64,000 nt of DNA from positions 12,200-76,199 of the forward strand of contig JBDLRP010000020.1 of NCBI GenBank assembly GCA_039799905.1, given 5' to 3'. This document shows, in pieces, positions 19,929 through 29,476 of the stretch. The first letter of the stretch is position 1; each line of letters opens with the position of its first letter. A program made the position numbers and the translations under genes. The notes beneath the pieces are model-generated. The model ran no database searches and was not told the DNA's origin. It saw only the letters and a list, made by a program, of their open reading frames with translations. The DNA comes from Pseudomonadota bacterium. Its GTDB lineage: Bacteria; Bdellovibrionota_B; Oligoflexia; Silvanigrellales; Silvanigrellaceae.

Positions 19929-20768
19929 ATGAACAAACGAATTTCAGCCGGACAGTTGCTTTGGGGACTTTTTCCAGTCGCTCTCGTATCTGCTTGTGAA
20001 ATGCCGCCCGTCAAAACCATTCAGGTCAGCGATGGAAGTGTGGCAAATCCGAACCCTGCGGCCGCGAGAAACAACGAGCCACGCACAACACAAACAGAGT
20101 CCTCCGACAAAGACACGCCGCACTGGATTGAAATAAACAAGACTGCAGATACCGTCTTCAAGTCCGAGACACTCAACTCCAGCGAACTGAGCCAAGAGCA
20201 AAAATGTCTATTCGCGCGCGGAACCCGTCACAGTTTGGCCGCGGCGCCCGAATGGCTTGGTTCGCATGTAAAAATTCAACTCAAAAAACCCATGGCTGCC
20301 TGCGGATTCACCACAGGTTACGTCTTCGCAGCACACATCGGTCAGTCAAGCGATTCACCTTGGGGTCCCGTCTTGCAGACCCACAACAGCACAGCAACAC
20401 TCTACACGACTGAAAACACCGCCATGGAGGGTGGACCAAAAGATCGTTGCGGACGGGCTTTGCGCACTTTGGATGATTATCTGAAAGGCAATGCAGAATA
20501 CGTGAGCGTTGCAATGGATTCTATGGCATTACCTTACGGCACGCTCATCCGTATTCCTGAAATCGAGCAGCGGTTCGGAGTTAAAACTGCCATACCGTTC
20601 AAAATCGTCGACACCGGCTCGGCCTTCATCGGGCGTGGTACCTCTCGGATGGATATTTGCGTCGGCCACAGCCAACAGACCATTTTTTCAGACAAATACA
20701 TTTGGATAAGCCATAAATCCTTTGAAATTCAGGTGATAACCAAGGGAGCGTCGTTCTCCTGTCAGTGA
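19929..20768 (+). CDS. Lipoprotein with C-terminal 3D (MltA-like) domain
   Basis: LVSAC lipobox; ATLY..MEGG, VAMD, LPYGTLIRIP, VDTGSAF, RMDI. Confidence 0.8.
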   Translation: MNKRISAGQLLWGLFPVALVSACEMPPVKTIQVSDGSVANPNPAAARNNEPRTTQTESSDKDTPHWIEINKTADTVFKSETLNSSELSQEQKCLFARGTRHSLAAAPEWLGSHVKIQLKKPMAACGFTTGYVFAAHIGQSSDSPWGPVLQTHNSTATLYTTENTAMEGGPKDRCGRALRTLDDYLKGNAEYVSVAMDSMALPYGTLIRIPEIEQRFGVKTAIPFKIVDTGSAFIGRGTSRMDICVGHSQQTIFSDKYIWISHKSFEIQVITKGASFSCQ

Positions 20769-20773
20769 GCTGT

Positions 20774-20800
20774 TCAACCTCTCCGAAAAACGGCCGATAC
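20774..20800 (+). promoter_or_regulatory. Putative sigma28 (FliA) promoter
   Basis: TCAA-N15-GCCGATAC upstream of ATG 20835. Confidence 0.65.
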
Positions 20801-20834
20801 TGTTCAAGAAATAACGGATCGGTAGGCGGAAGGC

Positions 20835-21377
20835 ATGAGCTATTGCATTCACAACAAGCGCGTTTTCAAGGCTTTGAACGTAGCGGCCGTTCTACTCCTA
20901 AACGGCTGTGCGGGCGCAGAGTCTGAAGAAGAGGTGCCTTACCCGATCTCGCCGCGCACGCCCTACGAAGAAGCCATCCACACTCAACCAGCAGGATCAG
21001 GAAAGAAAAAAGCAACGGCCTCGGCCAGCCTGACGGTTAAAGAACCGACTCAGGTGTGTGCGTCAACAGTTGAGAGAAACGAACAGAAAGCAGACGGCAG
21101 CGAAAAAAATGGAGCCGTGGTGCGACTGACTGAGCAAAACAATTTTACAGAACCCATTCTCATCTTCAGACTTCAGGCAAGCGGCACGATTCAAGGAAGT
21201 TTTCTTGCTGTTGAGGATATGGTCTTCGGCTCAGCTGGAACTCATCCGGCGGGGTTGTACTTTTTTGAGCTGCAAACTGCCGACGGACAATCATGCCGCA
21301 TAGAACTCAGCATCGGCGAAGACGACGCGCAGAGCAAAAAGCAACTCACCGTATCTGCGACGCTTCCGCAGGGATAG
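20835..21377 (+). CDS. Hypothetical lipoprotein
   Basis: LLNGC lipobox, 180 aa. Confidence 0.7.
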   Translation: MSYCIHNKRVFKALNVAAVLLLNGCAGAESEEEVPYPISPRTPYEEAIHTQPAGSGKKKATASASLTVKEPTQVCASTVERNEQKADGSEKNGAVVRLTEQNNFTEPILIFRLQASGTIQGSFLAVEDMVFGSAGTHPAGLYFFELQTADGQSCRIELSIGEDDAQSKKQLTVSATLPQG

Positions 21378-21379
21378 AA

Positions 21380-21766
21380 TTATTGTCCTGAGCTCAGATA
21401 CTTCTTCAATTCAGCGACAAGCTCGGGCACGTCCTGACGTGGATCGCAGGTCCACGTCAGCGTCTTTTCTCCGTTTTCAGCTCCCACCAGCCTGACGGAA
21501 ACAGCGCCCACAGGACACACATCGAGACATCCCGACTCTACGACGCGCACCTGCCACTTCTGCCCCTGACCAGAGAGCAATTCGTTTTCCAACGACTGTT
21601 TCAGAAGTGCAGAGACACTTTGTCCGGAAGAATTTTGTTGCGAACTGAGCGCGTCGCCGCATGAGCGGCAGACAAGTACGTGCGCGTGCTGCGAACGGCG
21701 GAGCAACTTGACGACCATGGAAAGATGCCTCGCAAAGAACGTTTTCTGAAAGCCAAAGAATCGCAT
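21380..21766 (-). CDS. Thioredoxin-like [2Fe-2S] ferredoxin / DUF1636-like protein
   Basis: VLVCRSC and ESGCLDVCP four-Cys pattern; start may be 21718. Confidence 0.6.
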   Translation of the reverse strand: MRFFGFQKTFFARHLSMVVKLLRRSQHAHVLVCRSCGDALSSQQNSSGQSVSALLKQSLENELLSGQGQKWQVRVVESGCLDVCPVGAVSVRLVGAENGEKTLTWTCDPRQDVPELVAELKKYLSSGQ

Positions 21767-21828
21767 CGGCTCATCTCTGTTCTAGCCCGACTGATGCAAA
21801 ATCGGAACTCGTCGGAGGAAAAGATGAC

Positions 21829-22536
21829 ATGCAGGAGGTTGTCGTCGAAGCAAAAAACATCTGGAAAAGTTACAAAACGGGCGACGTCACAGTCGATGCC
21901 GTGAGAAACTTGAGCTTCGCTCTTTACAAGGGTGAGCTGATTGTTGTGCTTGGTCCGTCGGGAAGCGGAAAATCAACCTTCCTGAACATTCTTGGCACTC
22001 TCGATCGCCCGACGTCCGGTGGAGTATACTTCAACAGTCACAACATCTCTGAGGAATCAGACGAACAACTCTGCGCACTGCGGCGGCAGCACATCGGATT
22101 TGTCTTTCAATTTTACAATCTGATTCCGACTCTGACGGCCCTTGAAAACGTTGAATTGATTGCCTCACACAGTGCTTCACCGATGCCCGTCGAGGACGCA
22201 CTAAAAAGGGTGGACTTGTGGGAGAGGCGACATCATTTTCCAAGTGAGCTCTCAGGCGGCGAACAACAACGGGTTGCCATCGCCCGTGCCATCGTAAAAA
22301 AGCCGGACGTGCTGCTTTGCGACGAGCCCACCGGCGCACTGGATGTGGCCACCGGAGTGATCGTTCTGCAGGCGCTGGAAGAAGTGCACCACGACTTTTC
22401 CATCAGCGTCATGCTCATCACACACAACGCAACAATCGCACACTTGGCCGATCGAGTGATTCGCATGTCAGGCGGTCAGATCCTGAGCGTTGAAACTAAC
22501 GAACGACACATGCTGGCGCGTGATCTCTCATGGTGA
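21829..22536 (+). CDS. ABC transporter ATP-binding protein (LolD/MacB-like)
   Basis: GPSGSGKST, GFVFQFYNL, LSGGEQQRVAIARA, DEPTGALD. Confidence 0.95.
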   Translation: MQEVVVEAKNIWKSYKTGDVTVDAVRNLSFALYKGELIVVLGPSGSGKSTFLNILGTLDRPTSGGVYFNSHNISEESDEQLCALRRQHIGFVFQFYNLIPTLTALENVELIASHSASPMPVEDALKRVDLWERRHHFPSELSGGEQQRVAIARAIVKKPDVLLCDEPTGALDVATGVIVLQALEEVHHDFSISVMLITHNATIAHLADRVIRMSGGQILSVETNERHMLARDLSW

Positions 22537-24893
22537 GCCTGTATTATCTGCTTTTAAAGAAAACTCTGCGCGATTTCAAAAAATTGCTCGGCCCGTCACT
22601 GACGTTGTCATTTGTGATGGCGGCCGGCGTCAGTTGCCTCATCATGGCGCGGAGCAATTTGAGCAGTCTGCAGAGATCCCAGCGTCTTACGTATGAATCG
22701 CTCAACTTTGCCGACGCGCTGATTCCACTCAGCCGAATCGTCCGCGAGCGTGTCGGGAGCCTCGAAAACATCAGCGGTGTCAGACAGGCGGACTGTAGAA
22801 TATCCCTGTCGGGTCAGGTCAGACTCAGCAAATTTGAAAAACAGATTTCGGCACGTTTTCATTCCATGCCAAGGGGCAATTCCCTGAACAGAATTCTCTT
22901 GACCGGTGGCCGCCTTCCGGCTGCGAATTCAATTCATGAAGCAGTCCTGAGTGACGGATTTGCACGAGCTTGGGGCTTCTCTCCAGGACAACAGATTGAA
23001 ATCTTTCTGCAGGGAAAACTCATCCGCCTGACCATCAGCGGGCTGGCCCGTTCGGCAGAATACGTTTATCAGACGGGCTCAGCGACCAGTATTCCCGATG
23101 ACAAACTCTTTGCAATATGGTGGCTTCAGCCGCGCCTGCTTGAGCAGGCGGGAAATTTGCATTCATCGTGCAATGAAGTTCTCTTGAAAACCGGCTCCGA
23201 GCAGAACTTATTGCGGGCGGAGGCGGAAATTGCCTCACGGCTGCAGCCGGCAGGATACACTCGATACCTTCCGCGAAAACGAATGCTTTCGCACTATTTT
23301 CTCGAAAGCGAACTGCAACAGCTGCGCGGCATGACAATTTGGATTCCGACTCTCTTTCTTGCGGTGACCGCGTTTCTTCTCAACATCACCATGAACCGTT
23401 TTCTGATGACCCAGCGGGAAATAATTGGAACTCTGCGTGCCTTTGGATTTTCCTACCCGCTGATCGCAGGACAAACGATTTTTTTGGCACTGACAGCGAT
23501 ACTCCCCGGAATCCTTTTGGGTGTTTGTGGAGGTCTTTGGCTCGCGCAGGAAATGTTCGCCCTTTACGTTAAATTCTACCGCTTTGCGATTGTCACTTAT
23601 GTACCGGACTGGACTTCTGTCACGCTGGGCATCGGAATTTGCTTGCTGACAGCTTTGCTCGGATGCCTGACCGGCCTGCGGCATATGCTGTTGGAGCCGC
23701 CGGCAGTATCTTTGATTGCAGCCGCACCTCGCCACACGAGAGTCTCGGCGATCGACTCGCTTCCCGTTCTGCGGCGCCTATCATTGATCGCGCGCATGAG
23801 CGTGCGCAATATCGCGCGCCGGCCGTTGCAAAGTCTTGTCACCCTGCTCGGGCTGATTTTGTCACTGGTTCTGTTTATTTTCGCAAGATTCGAACAATAT
23901 GCAATCGAACAAATGATGCAGACTGAATATGCTCTCAACCAACGACAATCACATACCCTGATTTATACGCAACATCTGCCGGAATCCACGCTGGCGAGCA
24001 TCAGGACATCGCTCGGAGCTGGATTGTCCGAAAGCAGCCTTGCCATACCAGTCACTATTAAGTCGGCACACTCGATGCGCGAACTTACCCTTATCGTCCG
24101 CAAAGACGATGACATCCTCGCTGCAGCCGAGAATATTCCAAATCGGCCGCTGGCAAAAACAGGACTGACACTCTCAAAGCCGGTCGCAGACGCACTGAAA
24201 CTAAAACCTCCGGCTGAAGTCCAGCTCCTGATTCAAAACAAACAGACCAAGCAGTCCGCACTGATTGTTACGGCACTTTCGGAAAACATCATGGGCACGA
24301 TCGCCTCAATCTCCCAGCAGGATTATCTGCGGATCTTTCACGAGAGTGCTGCTTTCAACCGGATTCTGCACAAGGCCGAACCACACGCAAAAATCAACGA
24401 AAAGTCGATTTTCCTGCGACAGCCAATGTTGACAGGATTAATTGAAAAGGAATTTGAACGCACGGCATTTGAGAAAACCATGGCCGAGAACATCGGCATC
24501 TTTCAAAACTTCATGATTGGCTTTGCGCTGCTGATTGCCATGGGAGTTCTTTACAACAACGCACGTGTCCAATTCGCCGAACGTGAGCGTGAGTTTGCTC
24601 TACTACGTGCGCTCGGCTTTTATGAGTCGGAGATCACTTTTCTCTTTTGGAGCGACTTTTTGATTTTATCGGTTGCGGCTGTGCTTCCGGGTTTTTATTT
24701 CGGCAGAGAACTACTTGTCTGGCTGATGCGCGCTATGGAAAGTGAAATTTTTCGCATCCCAGTCAACCTGCACCCCAACAGCTACATATGGGCGTTTGCG
24801 ATGCTGCTTGTCGGGGTATTTGCAACCGCCGTGCTCATCCAAGGAAATCTCCACAGAATTGCATTTTTGAGTGTCCTGAAAGCAAGGGAATAG
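22530..24893 (+). CDS. ABC transporter permease with two FtsX-like halves
   Basis: QREIIGTLRAFGFS and EREREFALLRALGF motifs; multiple TM segments. Confidence 0.9.
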   Translation: MVSLYYLLLKKTLRDFKKLLGPSLTLSFVMAAGVSCLIMARSNLSSLQRSQRLTYESLNFADALIPLSRIVRERVGSLENISGVRQADCRISLSGQVRLSKFEKQISARFHSMPRGNSLNRILLTGGRLPAANSIHEAVLSDGFARAWGFSPGQQIEIFLQGKLIRLTISGLARSAEYVYQTGSATSIPDDKLFAIWWLQPRLLEQAGNLHSSCNEVLLKTGSEQNLLRAEAEIASRLQPAGYTRYLPRKRMLSHYFLESELQQLRGMTIWIPTLFLAVTAFLLNITMNRFLMTQREIIGTLRAFGFSYPLIAGQTIFLALTAILPGILLGVCGGLWLAQEMFALYVKFYRFAIVTYVPDWTSVTLGIGICLLTALLGCLTGLRHMLLEPPAVSLIAAAPRHTRVSAIDSLPVLRRLSLIARMSVRNIARRPLQSLVTLLGLILSLVLFIFARFEQYAIEQMMQTEYALNQRQSHTLIYTQHLPESTLASIRTSLGAGLSESSLAIPVTIKSAHSMRELTLIVRKDDDILAAAENIPNRPLAKTGLTLSKPVADALKLKPPAEVQLLIQNKQTKQSALIVTALSENIMGTIASISQQDYLRIFHESAAFNRILHKAEPHAKINEKSIFLRQPMLTGLIEKEFERTAFEKTMAENIGIFQNFMIGFALLIAMGVLYNNARVQFAEREREFALLRALGFYESEITFLFWSDFLILSVAAVLPGFYFGRELLVWLMRAMESEIFRIPVNLHPNSYIWAFAMLLVGVFATAVLIQGNLHRIAFLSVLKARE

Positions 24894-24896
24894 CCG

Positions 24897-26105
24897 ATGA
24901 CAGACGTAAAAATATTTTACAAAAGCTGGAAATTTAGAGTCCTCATCGGAGTGGTCGCACTCATCATCATACTTTATGCAACATCACGACCAAACTCAGA
25001 GCCTGCGACCGTCATTCAACCGCGCCGTCACACCATACGCGCCGAAATATCCGATTACGGCACGACGTATTTTACAGACGTTGCGACGGTTCATGCGCCG
25101 GCGTCAGGCTGGATCGAAAAATTCCACGTTGCCGTTGGTGATGCCGTTGAAGCAGAACTCACAATTTTGGCATCCATCGGTCCGGCCGCTGCACCACTAC
25201 TGGACTCGCGCACACGTGCAACCTTGAATGCACAACTTGAGACAGCACGCGCCCAAAGCGATCAGGCGGAGGCTCAGTTACGCCGTGTCAGAGCGGCTCA
25301 CCTTGCGGCCGACGGTGAATTGAAAAGAACTGCACAGGCCTACGCCGCAGGTGCGGTGACACTTCAGGACTACGAGAATCTGCGCGCGCGCGTACGTGAT
25401 TTGAAGGGCGAGATTCAATCCGCACAGGCCGCCCTCGATGCCGCAAGGCATCAACGTGATGCCGCGGCGGCAGCACTCTCGAAGTCATCCTCCGGCCGTC
25501 AGGAGGTGCAGCTCATCAGAGCACCTCGCAATGGAATTGTCAGTTGGATTTATGATGACAAAGTTCGTTTTGCCGTCATCGGCACTCCTCTGATGGATGT
25601 TGCAATCCCTCAGAAACTGGCTTTTCAAATAGACGTGCTGGCGCGTGAAGCTATGAATATACGCACCGGTTCGGTGGTCCGCTTTTCAGACTTCCCCTCT
25701 GGCGGCGTTGTCAGAGCCATTTCACCGACCGCCCTTGCCAAAGTCTCTCCGCTTGGGCTCAGTGAACAAAGAACCCGAGTCTGGATAGAATTCTCGGGAG
25801 TACTGCCTCAAGCGGTGCCCTCCGGACTTGAGCTTGAGGCGCATATCGAGGTTGCAGCAAAGGAAAATGCACTACTCCTGCCGCGGACCGCTGTCTGGCG
25901 CGAAGGCGATTCAGCTTACGTCTATCAGGTGAGCAAACTCAGGTTGAACAAAAAAACTGTCACGACCGGAATCGAAAGTACCCGCGAGATCGAGATCCTT
26001 TCGGGGCTCGCGGACAACGACTGGATTGTCGAATTGCCAACCGAGGGGATGCACCATGGGCAAAAAATAAGCCCGCAGCCGGAGCCGCAGGCGCTGTTCA
26101 GATAA
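24897..26105 (+). CDS. Periplasmic adaptor (HlyD/MacA-like membrane fusion protein)
   Basis: N-terminal TM, APASG lipoyl half, coiled coil, IRAPRNG, EILSGL. Confidence 0.9.
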   Translation: MTDVKIFYKSWKFRVLIGVVALIIILYATSRPNSEPATVIQPRRHTIRAEISDYGTTYFTDVATVHAPASGWIEKFHVAVGDAVEAELTILASIGPAAAPLLDSRTRATLNAQLETARAQSDQAEAQLRRVRAAHLAADGELKRTAQAYAAGAVTLQDYENLRARVRDLKGEIQSAQAALDAARHQRDAAAAALSKSSSGRQEVQLIRAPRNGIVSWIYDDKVRFAVIGTPLMDVAIPQKLAFQIDVLAREAMNIRTGSVVRFSDFPSGGVVRAISPTALAKVSPLGLSEQRTRVWIEFSGVLPQAVPSGLELEAHIEVAAKENALLLPRTAVWREGDSAYVYQVSKLRLNKKTVTTGIESTREIEILSGLADNDWIVELPTEGMHHGQKISPQPEPQALFR

Positions 26106-26117
26106 TTCCTCGAAAGC

Positions 26118-26543
26118 TCAGCTCGCGTTTGAGCCGGATTCCTTTTGATTGGTGATTTTCGAAATCACTTTCATACAGAAAAGTGTCAGCTCAGGTGTCC
26201 GCTCACTGACCACCAGCAGCGAACCCAAGCGGTGCGCCATAACTGCTGAGAGCTCTTCCACCGGAATGTGTTTTTCGATGACGGCTTTACGGATGAGTTC
26301 ATCAAACTCCTGCGAAATCCACCAGAGTTTAATACTCGCGGCGTTGAGAGTTTCCTTTTTAGGTTTGCCCTTGGCGGTGAGGTTCCGCGCTTGTGGTTTC
26401 ACGTCTTGAACAGTCTTCTTGTTTTTTGCTTTTTTATCCGACGCAGCAGCTTTGCTGCGGGCTTGAGTCTGCGACGGGATTTTTTTCTTTTTTGCCGCTG
26501 GTTGAGAATTTTTGGACTTCTTGAAGGACAGGATTTCACCCAT
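26118..26543 (-). CDS. Hypothetical protein with Lys-rich N-terminal half
   Basis: MGEILSFKK start; co-oriented with the upstream large gene. Confidence 0.65.
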   Translation of the reverse strand: MGEILSFKKSKNSQPAAKKKKIPSQTQARSKAAASDKKAKNKKTVQDVKPQARNLTAKGKPKKETLNAASIKLWWISQEFDELIRKAVIEKHIPVEELSAVMAHRLGSLLVVSERTPELTLFCMKVISKITNQKESGSNAS

Positions 26544-26602
26544 GATGAGCCTCACTGACAAATTCGGGGCGTTTCAGTGTGTCCACAGACCTCGTTTCCA
26601 AC

Positions 26603-29476
26603 TTACCACAGAGTGGACGGCTTTTGTGATTCCATCCAAGCTTTGGCGGCCTGCTTAACGGCGGGGTTATCGGCCTCTTTTTCCAAGGTCTTAAAGAGAT
26701 TTTCAAGTTCCTGTTTTGACACGCTTCCCTGCTGGGCCCAGCGCTGCCCGAGAGCCAGCCATGCCTCCTGCTCGGCACGTGCGCCGCGGGCCTGCAACCA
26801 AGGCCAGAGCAGATGCTTGTCCCGTGCAGCTGAAGGCATGGCTTGTGCGGTCTGCAGAGCCTCGGCGGCAATTTGGCTGGCACACCGTGGAGTGGCTTGC
26901 TCGGCGGCGATTTCAAGCCAGCGCGCTGTGGGCACAGCAACAACGAATGAGTCCCATTCCTTCTTGCTGAGCGATGAAGCCTCAAGAAGCAGACGGTGGC
27001 AGAATTCATCATTCTGCAGCGTCAATTCAGGCCGACTCAGCACCTCGGCACGCATGAGCCGGTTGAGCAGCGGCTTCTTTTCGGCGGGTTGTTGTAAATC
27101 CCATTGCAGCACTTTGAGCGTGGCAAGCTTTTCCCAAAATTTTGCATCATCAATGGTGCGCGCCTGCAGAGTCTCCATTTCACGGACATCGTCGATGAGT
27201 GTCGTTCTGCCGCGCCTGCGCAATTCTGCGAGGAGATCGGCGGCGGTTTTGTCGGTCGGACGTGTTGTCATTGCAAGCGTCAGACGCGTGATGCGCTGTT
27301 CAGGCGACTCATAGGAATCCGCCTTTTTGCGCTTGCGTGCTTTGCTATTCCGGTTCTTACCGGCGGAATTGTTACCGGCATCGGCAATCGGCTGGATCTT
27401 TTGAATAGTCTCGATGGAAGAGAACAATGCCGCACAGCGCATGAGCCTTTCCTGTTCTTCCTTCGTCCATTTCAGTGTCTCAAGAAATTTGCCACTGACC
27501 GTTTTCAACATTGCAATCTTCTGCTCGTTGGCCTTGAAAAAACTGAGTGCTGACTCGCATTCCTTGAATGCGAGGTGATAAGGTCCAAGTGCGGCTTCAA
27601 GCGCCTGCTTGCGCTTTTCGAAAAAGCGCAAATACGCCGACTGTGGAAATTTCTGCCTGAATTCCTCTATCATCTCCAATTGAAGTGCAGCATCCTGCGG
27701 TAGGCTTTTCATCGAACGATCAGACATCTTGGCTGCGTCGTCGACCAGACCGTTGATGTGGCATGCTCTGACTTGTTCGACTTCGGCAAGCTCAAATTTC
27801 GGGAACAAATTTTTCAGTTCTGTGTATTCAAGGTGTCGGGCGCGCGCTCCCGTGTAGGGCGCCGTAATGCAAAAAATACGCCGACGCGCCGACAGTCCCG
27901 CCGGATGCAGAGGCTGATTGCGGAGCAACTCTTCGTACATCGGCAGGGCCTTGTCGCTGCCTTTTTCCAGTTGGGTAATTTCGGCAAGGCGCAATCGCGC
28001 CCATGGTCCGAACGTCTTGTCGCCGGCAGACAGAAGAAACTTTTCAAAGGCCGCGCGTGCAATCTTGTAATCTGCTGTCCAGAATGCATTTTCAGCACCA
28101 CCGAGCAGGAAATACGGATTTTGCTGATACCATTCGACATCAGCAAACGCTTCCGCAAATGCATAAAAGCGGCGTGCGTAGTTCGGATAACCGAGGTCGC
28201 TGTAAATATCTCCGGCAAGCGAAAATCCGAGCGTCTTAAAACCGTGCACGCGGGAATTCAAAATCACCTTGGCTGTCTCACGCAGCGCAATCAATGGATC
28301 CTCAGCAAGAAACTGAGCCTTGGCACGAAGAATCCGCATGATCACCTGAAGCTGGTGCGGTGTCTGCGGGCGCATCAGCATCGGATGCGTGGCAGCCACT
28401 CCAGTGGGAGTGGTGAAGAGTAGATTGCGGTCATCACTTGAAGTGAACTTTTTGTCGAGCAGAGCATAGATCTCTTCAAATTTCTGGCTGGCATCATAGA
28501 CACGCGTCCAGTTGTTCGATTTGACTGCAAGCGATGCAATATTGAAAACCACTGGCAGCGCAAGACTTCTCACAAAGAGCTGCAAATCCATGGAGCGCGG
28601 CTTGATGCGCGGCTGCTTGAGCTTGGGCGGATACACTCCGGAATTGCTGAACAGTGCAGGCTCGGCCAGTGCGGCCATAAACAAGTCGACGTCGACCTTA
28701 TTTCCGCCTTTGACGTCCATGAACACTTTAACTTCCGTGTGTCCCAGGGAATCCCACAGAGAGCCCAGCGACGGAGAGAAATAATCCATCGGTTTTTCTG
28801 CTTCGGCTGCTAACTGCAAATCAAGAAAACCATTCAAGATGGCGATAGCGGTGCGTTCGAGACTGCCACGCGGAACCTTCTTTTTGTCACTGTGAAGTTG
28901 TTTGCGGAGCTTTTCCGCCTCAGCCGTACGACCGAGAGTCCAAAGCCGCACGACCTCGTTCATAGTGCGGATGTAGTCGCTTTCGCCGTTTAAAAAGGGA
29001 ACTGCACTCAAGCGCAGCATCGGCGCTTCCACCTTGAGCTCAGGACGGTTGAAGTGGCGTGTCGGGCCGAGCTCCAAAGATCTGCTTCCCTCTTTTTCGG
29101 GAGTCCACCAGACGGGCGGCGATGTTGCAGGGTCCTTCATTGTCAACACGGCTGGCAGCCCGAAAGTGTCGTCGATACGCTTTCGCAATGCCTGATCAGC
29201 ATATTCAGGAATAGACCGAAATGTGGGAAGGTCGTCTGCCTTCAGCAAGGTGAGGCGAAGCCAGTCGCGCGCAAGAAGCGCATCGGAATAGGACGGCTTT
29301 TTAATATTCAAATCATCAGGGCGGGGAGCGACGGTGGGTTCCGGCTCGGGAGTCGGAGTCGGTTCGGCAGGTTTGTCTGCCGCTAATACGGAAACGACAA
29401 AGCCCGCCGCCACCCAAGTGACGGCGAGCTTGAGTTGGAATCGGATTATTTTCTGCGAGCGCTGCGTGATGCCCAC
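26603..29476 (-). CDS. Large secreted alpha-helical/TPR-like protein
   Basis: 957 aa; signal-like segment, PTPTPEPEP linker, TPR-like stretches (LAGDIYSDLGYPNYARRFY; ARLRLAEI). Confidence 0.75.
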   Translation of the reverse strand: MGITQRSQKIIRFQLKLAVTWVAAGFVVSVLAADKPAEPTPTPEPEPTVAPRPDDLNIKKPSYSDALLARDWLRLTLLKADDLPTFRSIPEYADQALRKRIDDTFGLPAVLTMKDPATSPPVWWTPEKEGSRSLELGPTRHFNRPELKVEAPMLRLSAVPFLNGESDYIRTMNEVVRLWTLGRTAEAEKLRKQLHSDKKKVPRGSLERTAIAILNGFLDLQLAAEAEKPMDYFSPSLGSLWDSLGHTEVKVFMDVKGGNKVDVDLFMAALAEPALFSNSGVYPPKLKQPRIKPRSMDLQLFVRSLALPVVFNIASLAVKSNNWTRVYDASQKFEEIYALLDKKFTSSDDRNLLFTTPTGVAATHPMLMRPQTPHQLQVIMRILRAKAQFLAEDPLIALRETAKVILNSRVHGFKTLGFSLAGDIYSDLGYPNYARRFYAFAEAFADVEWYQQNPYFLLGGAENAFWTADYKIARAAFEKFLLSAGDKTFGPWARLRLAEITQLEKGSDKALPMYEELLRNQPLHPAGLSARRRIFCITAPYTGARARHLEYTELKNLFPKFELAEVEQVRACHINGLVDDAAKMSDRSMKSLPQDAALQLEMIEEFRQKFPQSAYLRFFEKRKQALEAALGPYHLAFKECESALSFFKANEQKIAMLKTVSGKFLETLKWTKEEQERLMRCAALFSSIETIQKIQPIADAGNNSAGKNRNSKARKRKKADSYESPEQRITRLTLAMTTRPTDKTAADLLAELRRRGRTTLIDDVREMETLQARTIDDAKFWEKLATLKVLQWDLQQPAEKKPLLNRLMRAEVLSRPELTLQNDEFCHRLLLEASSLSKKEWDSFVVAVPTARWLEIAAEQATPRCASQIAAEALQTAQAMPSAARDKHLLWPWLQARGARAEQEAWLALGQRWAQQGSVSKQELENLFKTLEKEADNPAVKQAAKAWMESQKPSTLW

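Noticed and set aside
26577..27314. 245-aa plus-strand ORF
   Set aside because: Ser/Arg/Cys-rich antisense shadow of the 957-aa gene.
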